The position numbers and the translations under genes are program-made. The notes under the pieces are model-generated. The model was not told the origin of the DNA, did not search any database, and saw nothing but the letters and a program-made list of their open reading frames with translations. A DNA stretch of 27,462 nucleotides from an uncultured bacterium (GTDB lineage Bacteria > Hydrogenedentota > Hydrogenedentia > Hydrogenedentales > JAEUWI01). The stretch spans positions 1-27,462 of the forward strand of contig CAXBPH010000077.1 in NCBI GenBank assembly GCA_963977445.1, written 5' to 3'. Of this stretch, positions 20,276 through 27,462 are shown piece after piece (within the stretch, counting starts at the first letter, position 1; every line of letters starts with the position of its first letter).

Positions 20276-22330
20276 ATGTTTCAAGTACGGGAACACTTTA
20301 AGCTTGCCGACGGTTTTTTAGCGCAGTATCGCGGACAGCAACCTGATTGGGGCCCCCTGGGCTACATCACCTTTAAGCGCACCTATGCCCGGGTCATCGA
20401 CCTCGAGCAAACCCGCACGGAGGAGTATTGGGAAACCGTGCGCCGTGTGGTCGAAGGCTGCTACACCATTCAGCAAAATCACTGCCACGCCCTGAAGCTG
20501 CCCTGGAAGCCCGATAAGGCCCAGCGCTCCGCCCAGGAAATGTTCAAGCTCATGTGGGACTTCAAGTTCCTGCCCCCCGGCCGTGGCCTGTGGATGATGG
20601 GCTCCGACTATATCTATAAGCGGGGCTCTGCCGCGCTCAACAACTGTGCCTTTGTATCTACCGACGAACTCGACACCGATTTCGCCGAGCCCTTCTGCTT
20701 CCTCATGGACATGTCCATGCTGGGCGTAGGTGTGGCCTTCGACACCAAAGGCGCCGGCACCCTCACCATCCAGGATCCCCAGATCGGCGAATACACCCAC
20801 GTCGTGGAAGATTCCAAAGAAGGCTGGTGCGATCTCATTCGTGTCGTTCTCAATTCCTACGCCGGACGGGCCAAAAAGCCTGCCCACGTCGACTATTCCA
20901 AGATTCGCGCCATGGGTGCACCGATCCAGACCTTCGGCGGCATCGCCCCCGGTCCCGGTCCCATCATTGAGTGCATCGAAAACATCGCCAAGATTCTCGG
21001 ACCCCGCGCCGGCCACCCCATCTCCTCCACCGACATCACCGACCTGATGAACGTCATCGGTAAGTGCGTCGTTTCCGGTGGCGTCCGCCGCACGGCAGAG
21101 CTGGCCCTCGGCGACCCCAACGACACCGAATATCTCAAGCTGAAAGACCCCAAACTCCACGGCGACAAACTCACCGCCTGGCGCTGGGCCTCCAACAACA
21201 GCGTAAACGCCAAAGAAGGCATGGACTACTCCAAAGTAGGCGCCCAGACCGCCAAAAATGGCGAGCCCGGCTACTTCTGGAAAGAAACTGCCCAGGCCTA
21301 TGGCCGCCTCAAAGACGGCGCCACCTGGGCCGACGAAAAAATCCAGGGCACCAATCCCTGTGCTGAGCAGAGCCTGGAATCCTACGAGATCTGTAACCTC
21401 GTGGAGACCTTCCCGAGCCGTCACGCCACCTTGGAAGAGTACAAGCGTACCCTCAAGTTCGCCTACCTCTACGCCAAGACCGTGACCCTCATCCCCACGC
21501 ACAACGAGCGCACCAACGCCATCATGCTGCGTAACCGCCGCATCGGCCTCAGCCAGAGTGGCATCGTGGAAAGCTTCCAGCGCCATGGTCGCCGCAACCA
21601 CTTCAACTGGTGCGACAAGGGCTACGAATACATTGGCAAGCTCGACAAGATCTATTCGAGCTGGCTGTGCATCCCCGAGAGCGTGAAGAAAACCAGCGTC
21701 AAGCCCAGCGGCACCGTATCCCTGCTGCCCGGCGTGACCCCGGGCATCCACTACGCCCACTCCGAATACTACCACCGCACCATCCGCGTCGATAAGACCA
21801 GCCCCCTCATCGACCCCATCAAAAAGGCCGGTTACCGCGTGGAAGAATCCGTCTACGGCGACAACACCCTCATCGTGTACTTCCCCGTCCACGAAGAGTT
21901 CTTCGACCGCTCCAAGACCGACGTCTCCGTGTGGGAACAAGTGGAAAACGTCGCCCAGATGCAATACTACTGGGCCGACAACCAGGTGAGCGCTACCATC
22001 ACCTTCCACCCCCAAGAGGCCAAGGACATCCCCTATATTCTCGAGCTCTATGAATCCCGCTTGAAGTCCATCAGCTTCCTGCCCCTCACCGACCACGAAT
22101 ACGCGCAAGCGCCCTACCAGGCCATTACCCGCGAAGCCTTCGAAAACGGTGTGGCCAAGCTGAAGCCCCTCAACTTCGAAAGTCTCAACACCGACGAAGC
22201 CCAGGACCTCTTCTGCGACGGCGACAAGTGCGAAATCAACATCGCACCCCATTTGCCCGAGCAACAGGAAGTGGAATTCGACGAAAAAGACGAAGTACGT
22301 CGTCCCAGTGGGAAAGAAGTGGGCGTGTAA
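20276..22330 (+). CDS. nrdJ: Class II (adenosylcobalamin-dependent) ribonucleotide reductase, monomeric RTPR-like
   Basis: 'FKRTYAR', 'PPGRGLW', 'ALNNCAF', 'CVVSGGVRR', radical-site 'TNPCAEQ', 'VKPSGTVS' and a C-terminal redox pair 'FCDGDKCEI'. ATG 20276 has GGGAG upstream; 20240 is an alternative start. Confidence 0.93.
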   Translation: MFQVREHFKLADGFLAQYRGQQPDWGPLGYITFKRTYARVIDLEQTRTEEYWETVRRVVEGCYTIQQNHCHALKLPWKPDKAQRSAQEMFKLMWDFKFLPPGRGLWMMGSDYIYKRGSAALNNCAFVSTDELDTDFAEPFCFLMDMSMLGVGVAFDTKGAGTLTIQDPQIGEYTHVVEDSKEGWCDLIRVVLNSYAGRAKKPAHVDYSKIRAMGAPIQTFGGIAPGPGPIIECIENIAKILGPRAGHPISSTDITDLMNVIGKCVVSGGVRRTAELALGDPNDTEYLKLKDPKLHGDKLTAWRWASNNSVNAKEGMDYSKVGAQTAKNGEPGYFWKETAQAYGRLKDGATWADEKIQGTNPCAEQSLESYEICNLVETFPSRHATLEEYKRTLKFAYLYAKTVTLIPTHNERTNAIMLRNRRIGLSQSGIVESFQRHGRRNHFNWCDKGYEYIGKLDKIYSSWLCIPESVKKTSVKPSGTVSLLPGVTPGIHYAHSEYYHRTIRVDKTSPLIDPIKKAGYRVEESVYGDNTLIVYFPVHEEFFDRSKTDVSVWEQVENVAQMQYYWADNQVSATITFHPQEAKDIPYILELYESRLKSISFLPLTDHEYAQAPYQAITREAFENGVAKLKPLNFESLNTDEAQDLFCDGDKCEINIAPHLPEQQEVEFDEKDEVRRPSGKEVGV

Positions 22331-22382
22331 GGTTCTAATGAGCACCCTAATGATGTTACATGAGTCTTATCATTGAGTTCTG

Positions 22383-22423
22383 AGGGCGGGATGGGTACAT
22401 ACCCATGCCGCCCTTCGTATTTT
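22383..22423 (+). terminator. Probable terminator of thyX-nrdJ
   Basis: AGGGCGG-g-ATGGGTA-ca-TACCCAT-g-CCGCCCT followed by TCGTATTT. Confidence 0.7.
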
Positions 22424-22945
22424 AGGGCCGTGAGTCAATAGTGCCCATTTTCAGCCCTATGCTGGACTCAGTGCGCGATCTCTCATCTGTCCATTTCATC
22501 TGTACTTTACACATGCACATTACACACGTGCCCTAATACAGCTTTTAATCAAAGCGTAAAAAGAGTATAATGAAAAAGAATTAGCACTAGGAAAAAATGC
22601 CTTGCGTGGGTTAAGCACCGAAAAGGATTCGAACTCGCCACAGCCAAGGACTAGGACGATTTACGGGCCAGATGGCTCTTCAGATGAGGGCACATAGCAG
22701 AGAAAGATATGCCAAAAAAGGCGAAACGCGTCAGCTGGAACTGACGCGTTTCAGAAGCTTAAAAATCGTTGATACACGAAACTTAATAGGAGAGCTATAT
22801 CTTTTGACTCCCGCTCGCTTCATTTACATAGTATCGCGCGGCCCGCCAAATTGTCAATTTATGTTTCCATTGAGATAGGAAACTGACACGGGTCGGATTG
22901 CGGCCGACCCATGTCGAACCCCCTTCGAAAGGAGGTGATTCGTAC

Positions 22946-23038
22946 ATGCCTGAATTTAAAAAAACTCAAGACAAAGACGGCCTTTGGGGACACTGGGTAA
23001 CTCTGCCTGATGGTCGTCGTGTGTTCATTAAAGACTAA
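22946..23038 (+). CDS. Unannotated 30-aa small ORF / candidate leader peptide MPEFKKTQDKDGLWGHWVTLPDGRRVFIKD
   Basis: A full-length Shine-Dalgarno AAAGGAGGTGAT lies directly upstream of ATG 22946, with TAA at 23036-23038. It is below the ORF-track size cut-off. Confidence 0.7.
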   Translation: MPEFKKTQDKDGLWGHWVTLPDGRRVFIKD

Positions 23039-23041
23039 TTG

Positions 23042-23093
23042 ACCGCAAGAATTCAAGGGCCTTGCGGTGGGCGGTCCTGCCGCAAGACTTTTT
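23042..23093 (+). terminator. Intrinsic terminator with an overlapping antiterminator (attenuator-like)
   Basis: Terminator CTTGCGGTGGG-cggt-CCTGCCGCAAG-ac-TTTTT (23061-23093). ACCGCAAG (23042-23049) can pair instead with CTTGCGGT (23061-23068). Confidence 0.65.
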
Positions 23094-23132
23094 AAAACTT
23101 CGAAATGGACTAAGTCCAAGGACAATATGAAC

Positions 23133-23345
23133 ATGTCAAAGAAATACATAACTGTTACGAAGGAAAGCAACACTGGAAGAAATCAGCAATTTCAGGTCAC
23201 CCCTACTGGAGAAAAAATGACTCGTGCACAGCTCGTGCGTGAAATTCGAAACGGGGATTTCCCAGACTATCACGTGAGGACGATAAACGGAATTGCAACG
23301 CCGGTATCCAACCCAGACGGATCGAAAAAAAATAACCTGGGCTAA
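23133..23345 (+). CDS. Small DUF3892-like protein (about 70 aa)
   Basis: 'GEKMTRAQLVREI..G...YHVRTING...PVSNPDGSKKNNLG' fits the DUF3892 pattern as I recall it. AAGGA lies upstream; ATG at 23127 or 23133. Confidence 0.75.
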   Translation: MSKKYITVTKESNTGRNQQFQVTPTGEKMTRAQLVREIRNGDFPDYHVRTINGIATPVSNPDGSKKNNLG

Positions 23346-23584
23346 TCTTAGCGTCCTGCTTGCCCCTGCGGACAATTATTTTGTACGCAGGGGCGCTCCG
23401 GCAGATTCCTTTCTCATCGGAAGGACAATTGACCCTTTCAAAGAACACGGACGCGGGTCCTGGACGCCATGGAACAACGAGTGTTGGATGTGATGGAGGT
23501 GAAGAATGGGGCCGCTTAACAAGGGGTAAATTGAATATGACGCCCTCTTCACCCACGAATCGCACGCAGTAAACCGGTTGACTA

Positions 23585-24980
23585 TGTCGCCCTTTCAGGG
23601 CTATTCCAATGGGAGATGCGGGTTTTCCCAGGGCGTTTCCCTGGGCTATGCTGCATTGCCCCTTCGGGGCGTTTTTTCTATACGGCTATACAGCGTTGGC
23701 CCTTTGGGGCGTTTGTCGTGTGGAGTCGGTGTTGCCCTTGCCTCTTGGGGCGTTTGCTTATGTGGAGTGGGCGTGACGGTCATGCTGGGGAGCACATCAC
23801 GTAGGACAACAGCAGCAATGTGGCCGATATCGTCATCAATTTCACGTACGGATTACCCACCAAACATTCACGTGGCCACATACGCGTCGGACGTAGCAAC
23901 ACACATAATTCACCACACCTTCGGCCCAACGGGCCAGCGCAGCATAGCCTAGGGCAACGCCCTAGGAAAACCGCCACCCCATCCCATATAGCCCTGAAGG
24001 GGCGACACAGCATTGTGCCCGGAACGCGCAATTCCGATTTGTGACGCCCTTTCAGGGCTGGTCCCTTTTGTGTGTCAAGTCCCTGGGCGTTGCCCAGGGC
24101 TATTCTGCATTGCCCCTTCGGGGCGTTTTTTCTATGCGGCTACGCAGCGTTTGCCCTTTGGGGCGTTTGTCGTGTGGAGTCGCGTTGGCCTTGTCCCTTG
24201 GGGCGTTTGTTGTGTGGACCCGTCGGCGCCCTTGCCTCTTTGGGCGTTTGCTGTGAAAGTGCTCGTGACGGTCATGATGGGGAGCACACCACGTAGGGCA
24301 ACAGCAGCCTTTTCGTGGATAATGGCATCAAATTCCAACACAACTTGCCCATAGTACCTTCGCGTGACCACATACGCGTCGGACGTGGCAACACACGTAA
24401 GTCACCACCTCTTCGGCCCAACGGGCCAGCGCAGCATAGTTCGCCGCGGCGAATAACGCCCTGGGAAAACCGCCACCCCATCCCATATAGCCCTGAAGGG
24501 GCGAAGGCCAACGTATCATAGCCCAAGACAAACAAGATTAATTTCGCGAAGGATCTCAAGCTGTGACGCCCCTTCAGGGCTGGTTTTCTTTTGTGTATCA
24601 AGTCCCAGGGCGTTGCCCTGGGCTATGCTGCATTGCCCCTTCGGGGCGTTTGTTCTATACGCCTATGTAGCGTTGTCCCTTGGGGCGTTTGCTGTGTGGA
24701 GCCTTCGGAGCCCTTGCCTCTTGGGCAGTTCGTTGTGAAAGCGCATGGTGTCATGCGGGGGAGCTCACTACGTAGGACAACGGCGGCGATGTGGCCGATA
24801 TCGGAAGCACGTCCACGTACGGATTGCCCATAGTACCTTCGCGTGGCCACATACGCGTCGGACGTTGCAACGCACCGTAATTCACCACCTCTTCGGCCCA
24901 ACGGGCCAGCGCAGCATAGCCCTGGGCAACGCCCAGGGAACACGGCATTAGGCCCCATGAATATAGCCCTGAAGGGGCGT
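23585..24980. repeat. Three tandem palindromic REP/REPIN-like units (about 420-460 bp each)
   Basis: Left arms CGCCC(T/C)TTCAGGGC...CCAGGGCGTTGCCCTGGGCTATGCTGCATTGCCCCTTCGGGGCG start near 23585, 24040 and 24562. Right arms CGGCCCAACGGGCCAGCGCAGCATAG...GCCCTGAAGGGGCG end near 24004, 24503 and 24979. Confidence 0.9.
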
Positions 24981-25046
24981 CGCAGCTCTAACACACGGTG
25001 GTGCCCCGATTTGGGTTGACCGAACGCCGGCCCACGGCCTGCTGGG

Positions 25047-25499
25047 TCAATCCCACACATAACGCTCATCGAATTCCACTTTATGCTTGCGCAAGATTAC
25101 CCGGAATTCGTCCTGAAAACTCAACTCCCGATGGTGCTCTTCCTGGTTCAAAATGTATCGTCGTACTTTGTCCTCGTGGGACTGGCTTACGGAGAACGCC
25201 CCGTAGCCACTCTGCCAAAAGAAATCCTGGTACTCGGGCCCCTGGGTTTTCATCCAACGGGACGAACCCTTCTTGACCTCCTCTATTACGTCGCACAACT
25301 CGGTGGTCTTGGAGAGCACAAACAACGAATGCACATGGTCCGTCGTACCTCCGATTTCGATAGCAGGGCTACCGAGGTCCTTGTAGATGCCCGCTTGGAA
25401 AGCGGCAAGCTTGGGTAACAATCCTGGCGAGATAAACCGCTGGCGATTCTTGGTGCTATAGATGAGATGGACGAGGATTCTGGCGAGTGATTGTGGCAT
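25047..25499 (-). mobile_element. tnpA: IS200/IS605-family HUH Y1 transposase (TnpA/RAYT-like), 150 aa
   Basis: 'MPQSL...VHLIYSTKNR', HUH motif 'DHVHSL', 'KKGSSRW', 'WQSGYGAFSVS', catalytic 'YILNQEEHH'. GGAGG precedes ATG 25499. No tnpB is adjacent. Confidence 0.92.
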
Positions 25500-25529
25500 T
25501 GGGCTCCTCCCTCTGTGCCGCCGCGTCGG

Positions 25530-25730
25530 ACTAGGCTGCATTGCCCCTTCGGGGCGTTCTGAACTCGGTCGCTGATTGGGAAATAATACCCGCTCACTCC
25601 AAAAAAATGAAACCGTGATCCGTTGTACATGCGGTAGTACGGCCACTGACTATGGTGCATTGTCCCCTTTGCAACGCCCTGGAAAAACCGCCACCCCCAA
25701 ACCCTATTTAGCCCTTAAAGGGTCGGAGAC
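25530..25730. repeat. Degenerate arms of the same REP family upstream of tnpA
   Basis: GCTGCATTGCCCCTTCGGGGCGTT near 25535-25558 and GCAACGCCCTGGAAAAACCGCCACCCC...TAGCCCTTAAAGGG near 25671-25722. Confidence 0.75.
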
Positions 25731-26014
25731 GGGCCGCAGGCGGGCGAAAAAGCCAATGTAGAAGAGAGCAAGCGAAACGTCCACCACGATTCCCGGCCCG
25801 GACGGATTAAATTGCCACAGCTTTACCCTGCAACTGCCCAATGCTTACGCAATTCTGATGTAATAGTCTATCGACATGTCGTGGCCACGCGTTATTGCAG
25901 CTACCGGCAAATACTGCCGTTAGACCTGCCGCCATGGCCAGTTGGAACATGGGAGGTGGCAGGGCGACCAGAGCCCATTTAAATCCCGTCCACTACCGTG
26001 AAAGGCTATGAACT

Positions 26015-27462
26015 ATGTTTACTCGTGCTATCTTGAGATCGGGGGCAATTGTTTTTGCTTGCTCGACATTGATTGCCATCGCATCTGGCTGCCAACCGAA
26101 GAGCGCGCCAACGGTGACGTCAACGGCACCCGAAGATGGGGCTGTGGGTGTCTCTGCTGACGTATCAGTCGCGGCTTCCTTTAGTGAAGCGATGGCTCCA
26201 CAGAGTGTTAACGCAACAACCTTTACCTTGGCGGACGGAGCGACACCCATCCCCGGGGCAGTGACCTATTCGGGCACCACCGCAACCTTTAACCCCACGG
26301 ACAATCTGTCCCCGAACACACTGTATTCGGCCACCATTACCACCGGGGCAGAGGCCCTGGACGGTGCCCAAAAGAACTACCAACACGTTGAGAACGAATC
26401 AGGGCTCATCGCATTTGTAGCCGGCCTCTATTTGTTCGATCAGATATTCTGGGATCAAGAAGGCAGAACATTGGCATCGGATTTCACGTGGTCCTTTAGC
26501 ACGAGCGCAATTGGTGAAGGTGAAGGTGAAGGTGAAGGTGAAGGTGAAGGTGAAGGTGAAGGCGAAGGCGAAGGCGAAGGCGAAGGCGAAGGCGAAGGCG
26601 ACATGACGCCCCCCGTCCTTGGTGTTACCACCCCGGAGGATGGCGCTATCGGCGTCTCGGTAATGGCACAAATCGCGGCAACCTTCAGTGAGGCGATGGA
26701 CCCCTTGTCACTCTCGATGGAAACCTTTACCCTGAGTGACGGCACGACCGCCGTTTCGGGCAGTGTGGTCTATTTGGATGGGACCGCGACGTTCAGTCCG
26801 GACGTCGACCTCGTGGCCGACACGACCTATACCGCCACCATCCTGGTGGGAGCCACCGATTTGGCAGGCAACCCACTGGCGGAGGAATTCGTGTGGACCT
26901 TCACCACCGCAGCTCCCATCGATATGGCCGCACCCGTTGTCGATTCCGTCGATCCGCTGGATGGGGCGATAGGGGTGCCGATCAACAAGTCAGTCACCGC
27001 AACCTTCAGTGAGGCGATGGACCCCTTGTCGCTCTCGATGGACACCTTTACCCTGAGTGACGGCACGACCGCCGTTTCGGGCAGTGTGGTCTATTTGGAT
27101 GGGACCGCGACGTTCAGTCCGGACATCGACCTCGTGGCCGACACGACCTATACCGCCACCATCCTGACGGGTGCCACCGATTTGACAGGCAACCCGCTGG
27201 CAGAAGATTTCGTGTGGACCTTCAGCACCGGAAATACGACGGCCCAGGCACCCATTGAACTGGGATCGACCAACGCTTTCGCAATTCTGGCTGGTTCCAC
27301 CGTCAGCAGCACGGGACCCTCGGTGATTACCGGCGATCTGGGTGTGAGCCCAGGCACGGAAGTCGTCGGCTTCCCGCCGGGAATCCTGAATGGCGAGAAT
27401 TTCTCCGGTGTAGACTCTGCTGCGGGTCAGGCCAAACTCGATTTGACCACCGCGTTCAACGA
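26015..27462 (+). CDS. Surface lipoprotein with three Ig-like (Big_5/SbsA-type) repeats, a (GE)14 linker and an ice-binding-like DUF3494 domain; 3'-truncated
   Basis: Frame 2 is open from ATG 26015 to the window end and is absent from the ORF track. Lipobox 'IASGC', repeats 'P.DGA.GV.....A.FSEAM.....W.F.T', and from about 27251 'PIELGSTNAFAILAGSTVSSTGPSVITGDLGVSPGT...GFPPG...QAKLDLTTAFN'. Confidence 0.88.
   Translation, partial: MFTRAILRSGAIVFACSTLIAIASGCQPKSAPTVTSTAPEDGAVGVSADVSVAASFSEAMAPQSVNATTFTLADGATPIPGAVTYSGTTATFNPTDNLSPNTLYSATITTGAEALDGAQKNYQHVENESGLIAFVAGLYLFDQIFWDQEGRTLASDFTWSFSTSAIGEGEGEGEGEGEGEGEGEGEGEGEGEGEGDMTPPVLGVTTPEDGAIGVSVMAQIAATFSEAMDPLSLSMETFTLSDGTTAVSGSVVYLDGTATFSPDVDLVADTTYTATILVGATDLAGNPLAEEFVWTFTTAAPIDMAAPVVDSVDPLDGAIGVPINKSVTATFSEAMDPLSLSMDTFTLSDGTTAVSGSVVYLDGTATFSPDIDLVADTTYTATILTGATDLTGNPLAEDFVWTFSTGNTTAQAPIELGSTNAFAILAGSTVSSTGPSVITGDLGVSPGTEVVGFPPGILNGENFSGVDSAAGQAKLDLTTAFN
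26513..26596 (+). repeat. Hexanucleotide repeat (GGTGAA)8(GGCGAA)6 encoding (Gly-Glu)14
   Basis: Counted directly; in frame within the lipoprotein. Confidence 0.95.
26678..27228 (+). repeat. Near-identical intragenic duplication (Ig repeats 2 and 3, period 321 bp)
   Basis: GCAACCTTCAGTGAGGCGATGGACCCCTTGTC... starts at 26678 and 26999, with only scattered mismatches over more than 160 bp. Confidence 0.9.

Noticed and set aside
19312..22330. Prophage
   Set aside because: thyX and nrdJ are common in phages, but there are no structural, integrase or replication genes, and host-type NrdR boxes are present.
20318..22345. 675-aa antisense ORF over nrdJ (likewise 9122..10801, 16152..17426, 15343..16338, 472..1470)
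   Set aside because: These are shadow frames of well-supported genes, caused by GC-rich codon bias, and carry no recognisable motifs.
22615..22640. tRNA fragment or att site (GTTCGAATCC on the minus strand)
   Set aside because: The T-stem does not pair, there is no cloverleaf, and no integrase is nearby.
22946..23038. Type I toxin-antitoxin locus
   Set aside because: The peptide lacks a hydrophobic transmembrane segment and I found no convincing antisense promoter/terminator.
23585..24980. Repeat-spacer pattern as a CRISPR array
   Set aside because: The units are 400-500 bp nested palindromes, the inner 40 bp repeats are degenerate with related spacers, and no cas genes are present.
23578..25069. 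Many 60-150 aa ORFs over the REP array (also 14525-15282)
   Set aside because: They are translations of palindromic repeats on both strands, with no consistent frame between copies.
25047..25760. IS605-type element with TnpB/omegaRNA
   Set aside because: No TnpB/IscB ORF is adjacent to tnpA on either side.

Overview
Bacterial chromosomal segment, mostly GC-rich. A (GE)14 linker in a surface protein suggests Candidatus Hydrogenedentota (inference only). The left two-thirds holds housekeeping genes, nearly all on the minus strand: a PQQ-like beta-propeller, a solitary CIRCE-regulated groEL, aat, an alpha/beta-hydrolase plus GT1 glycosyltransferase pair, an M16 peptidase, a Tat-exported Gfo/Idh/MocA oxidoreductase, a membrane-anchored hypothetical protein, nupC-thiD and a PAP2 phosphatase. 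A plus-strand thyX plus class II ribonucleotide reductase (nrdJ) unit follows, with NrdR boxes upstream. The right end is accessory. It has an unannotated 30-codon ORF followed by mutually exclusive antiterminator/terminator hairpins in front of a DUF3892-like gene (a candidate ribosome-coupled attenuator, the most novel signal). It also has a tandem array of REP/REPIN-like palindromic units ending in an IS200-type HUH-Y1 transposase, and a 3'-truncated lipoprotein with three Ig-like repeats and an ice-binding-like (DUF3494) domain that the ORF track missed. Three unrelated palindromic repeat families occur in the window. All calls come from reading the sequence by eye; no searches or folding programs were run.
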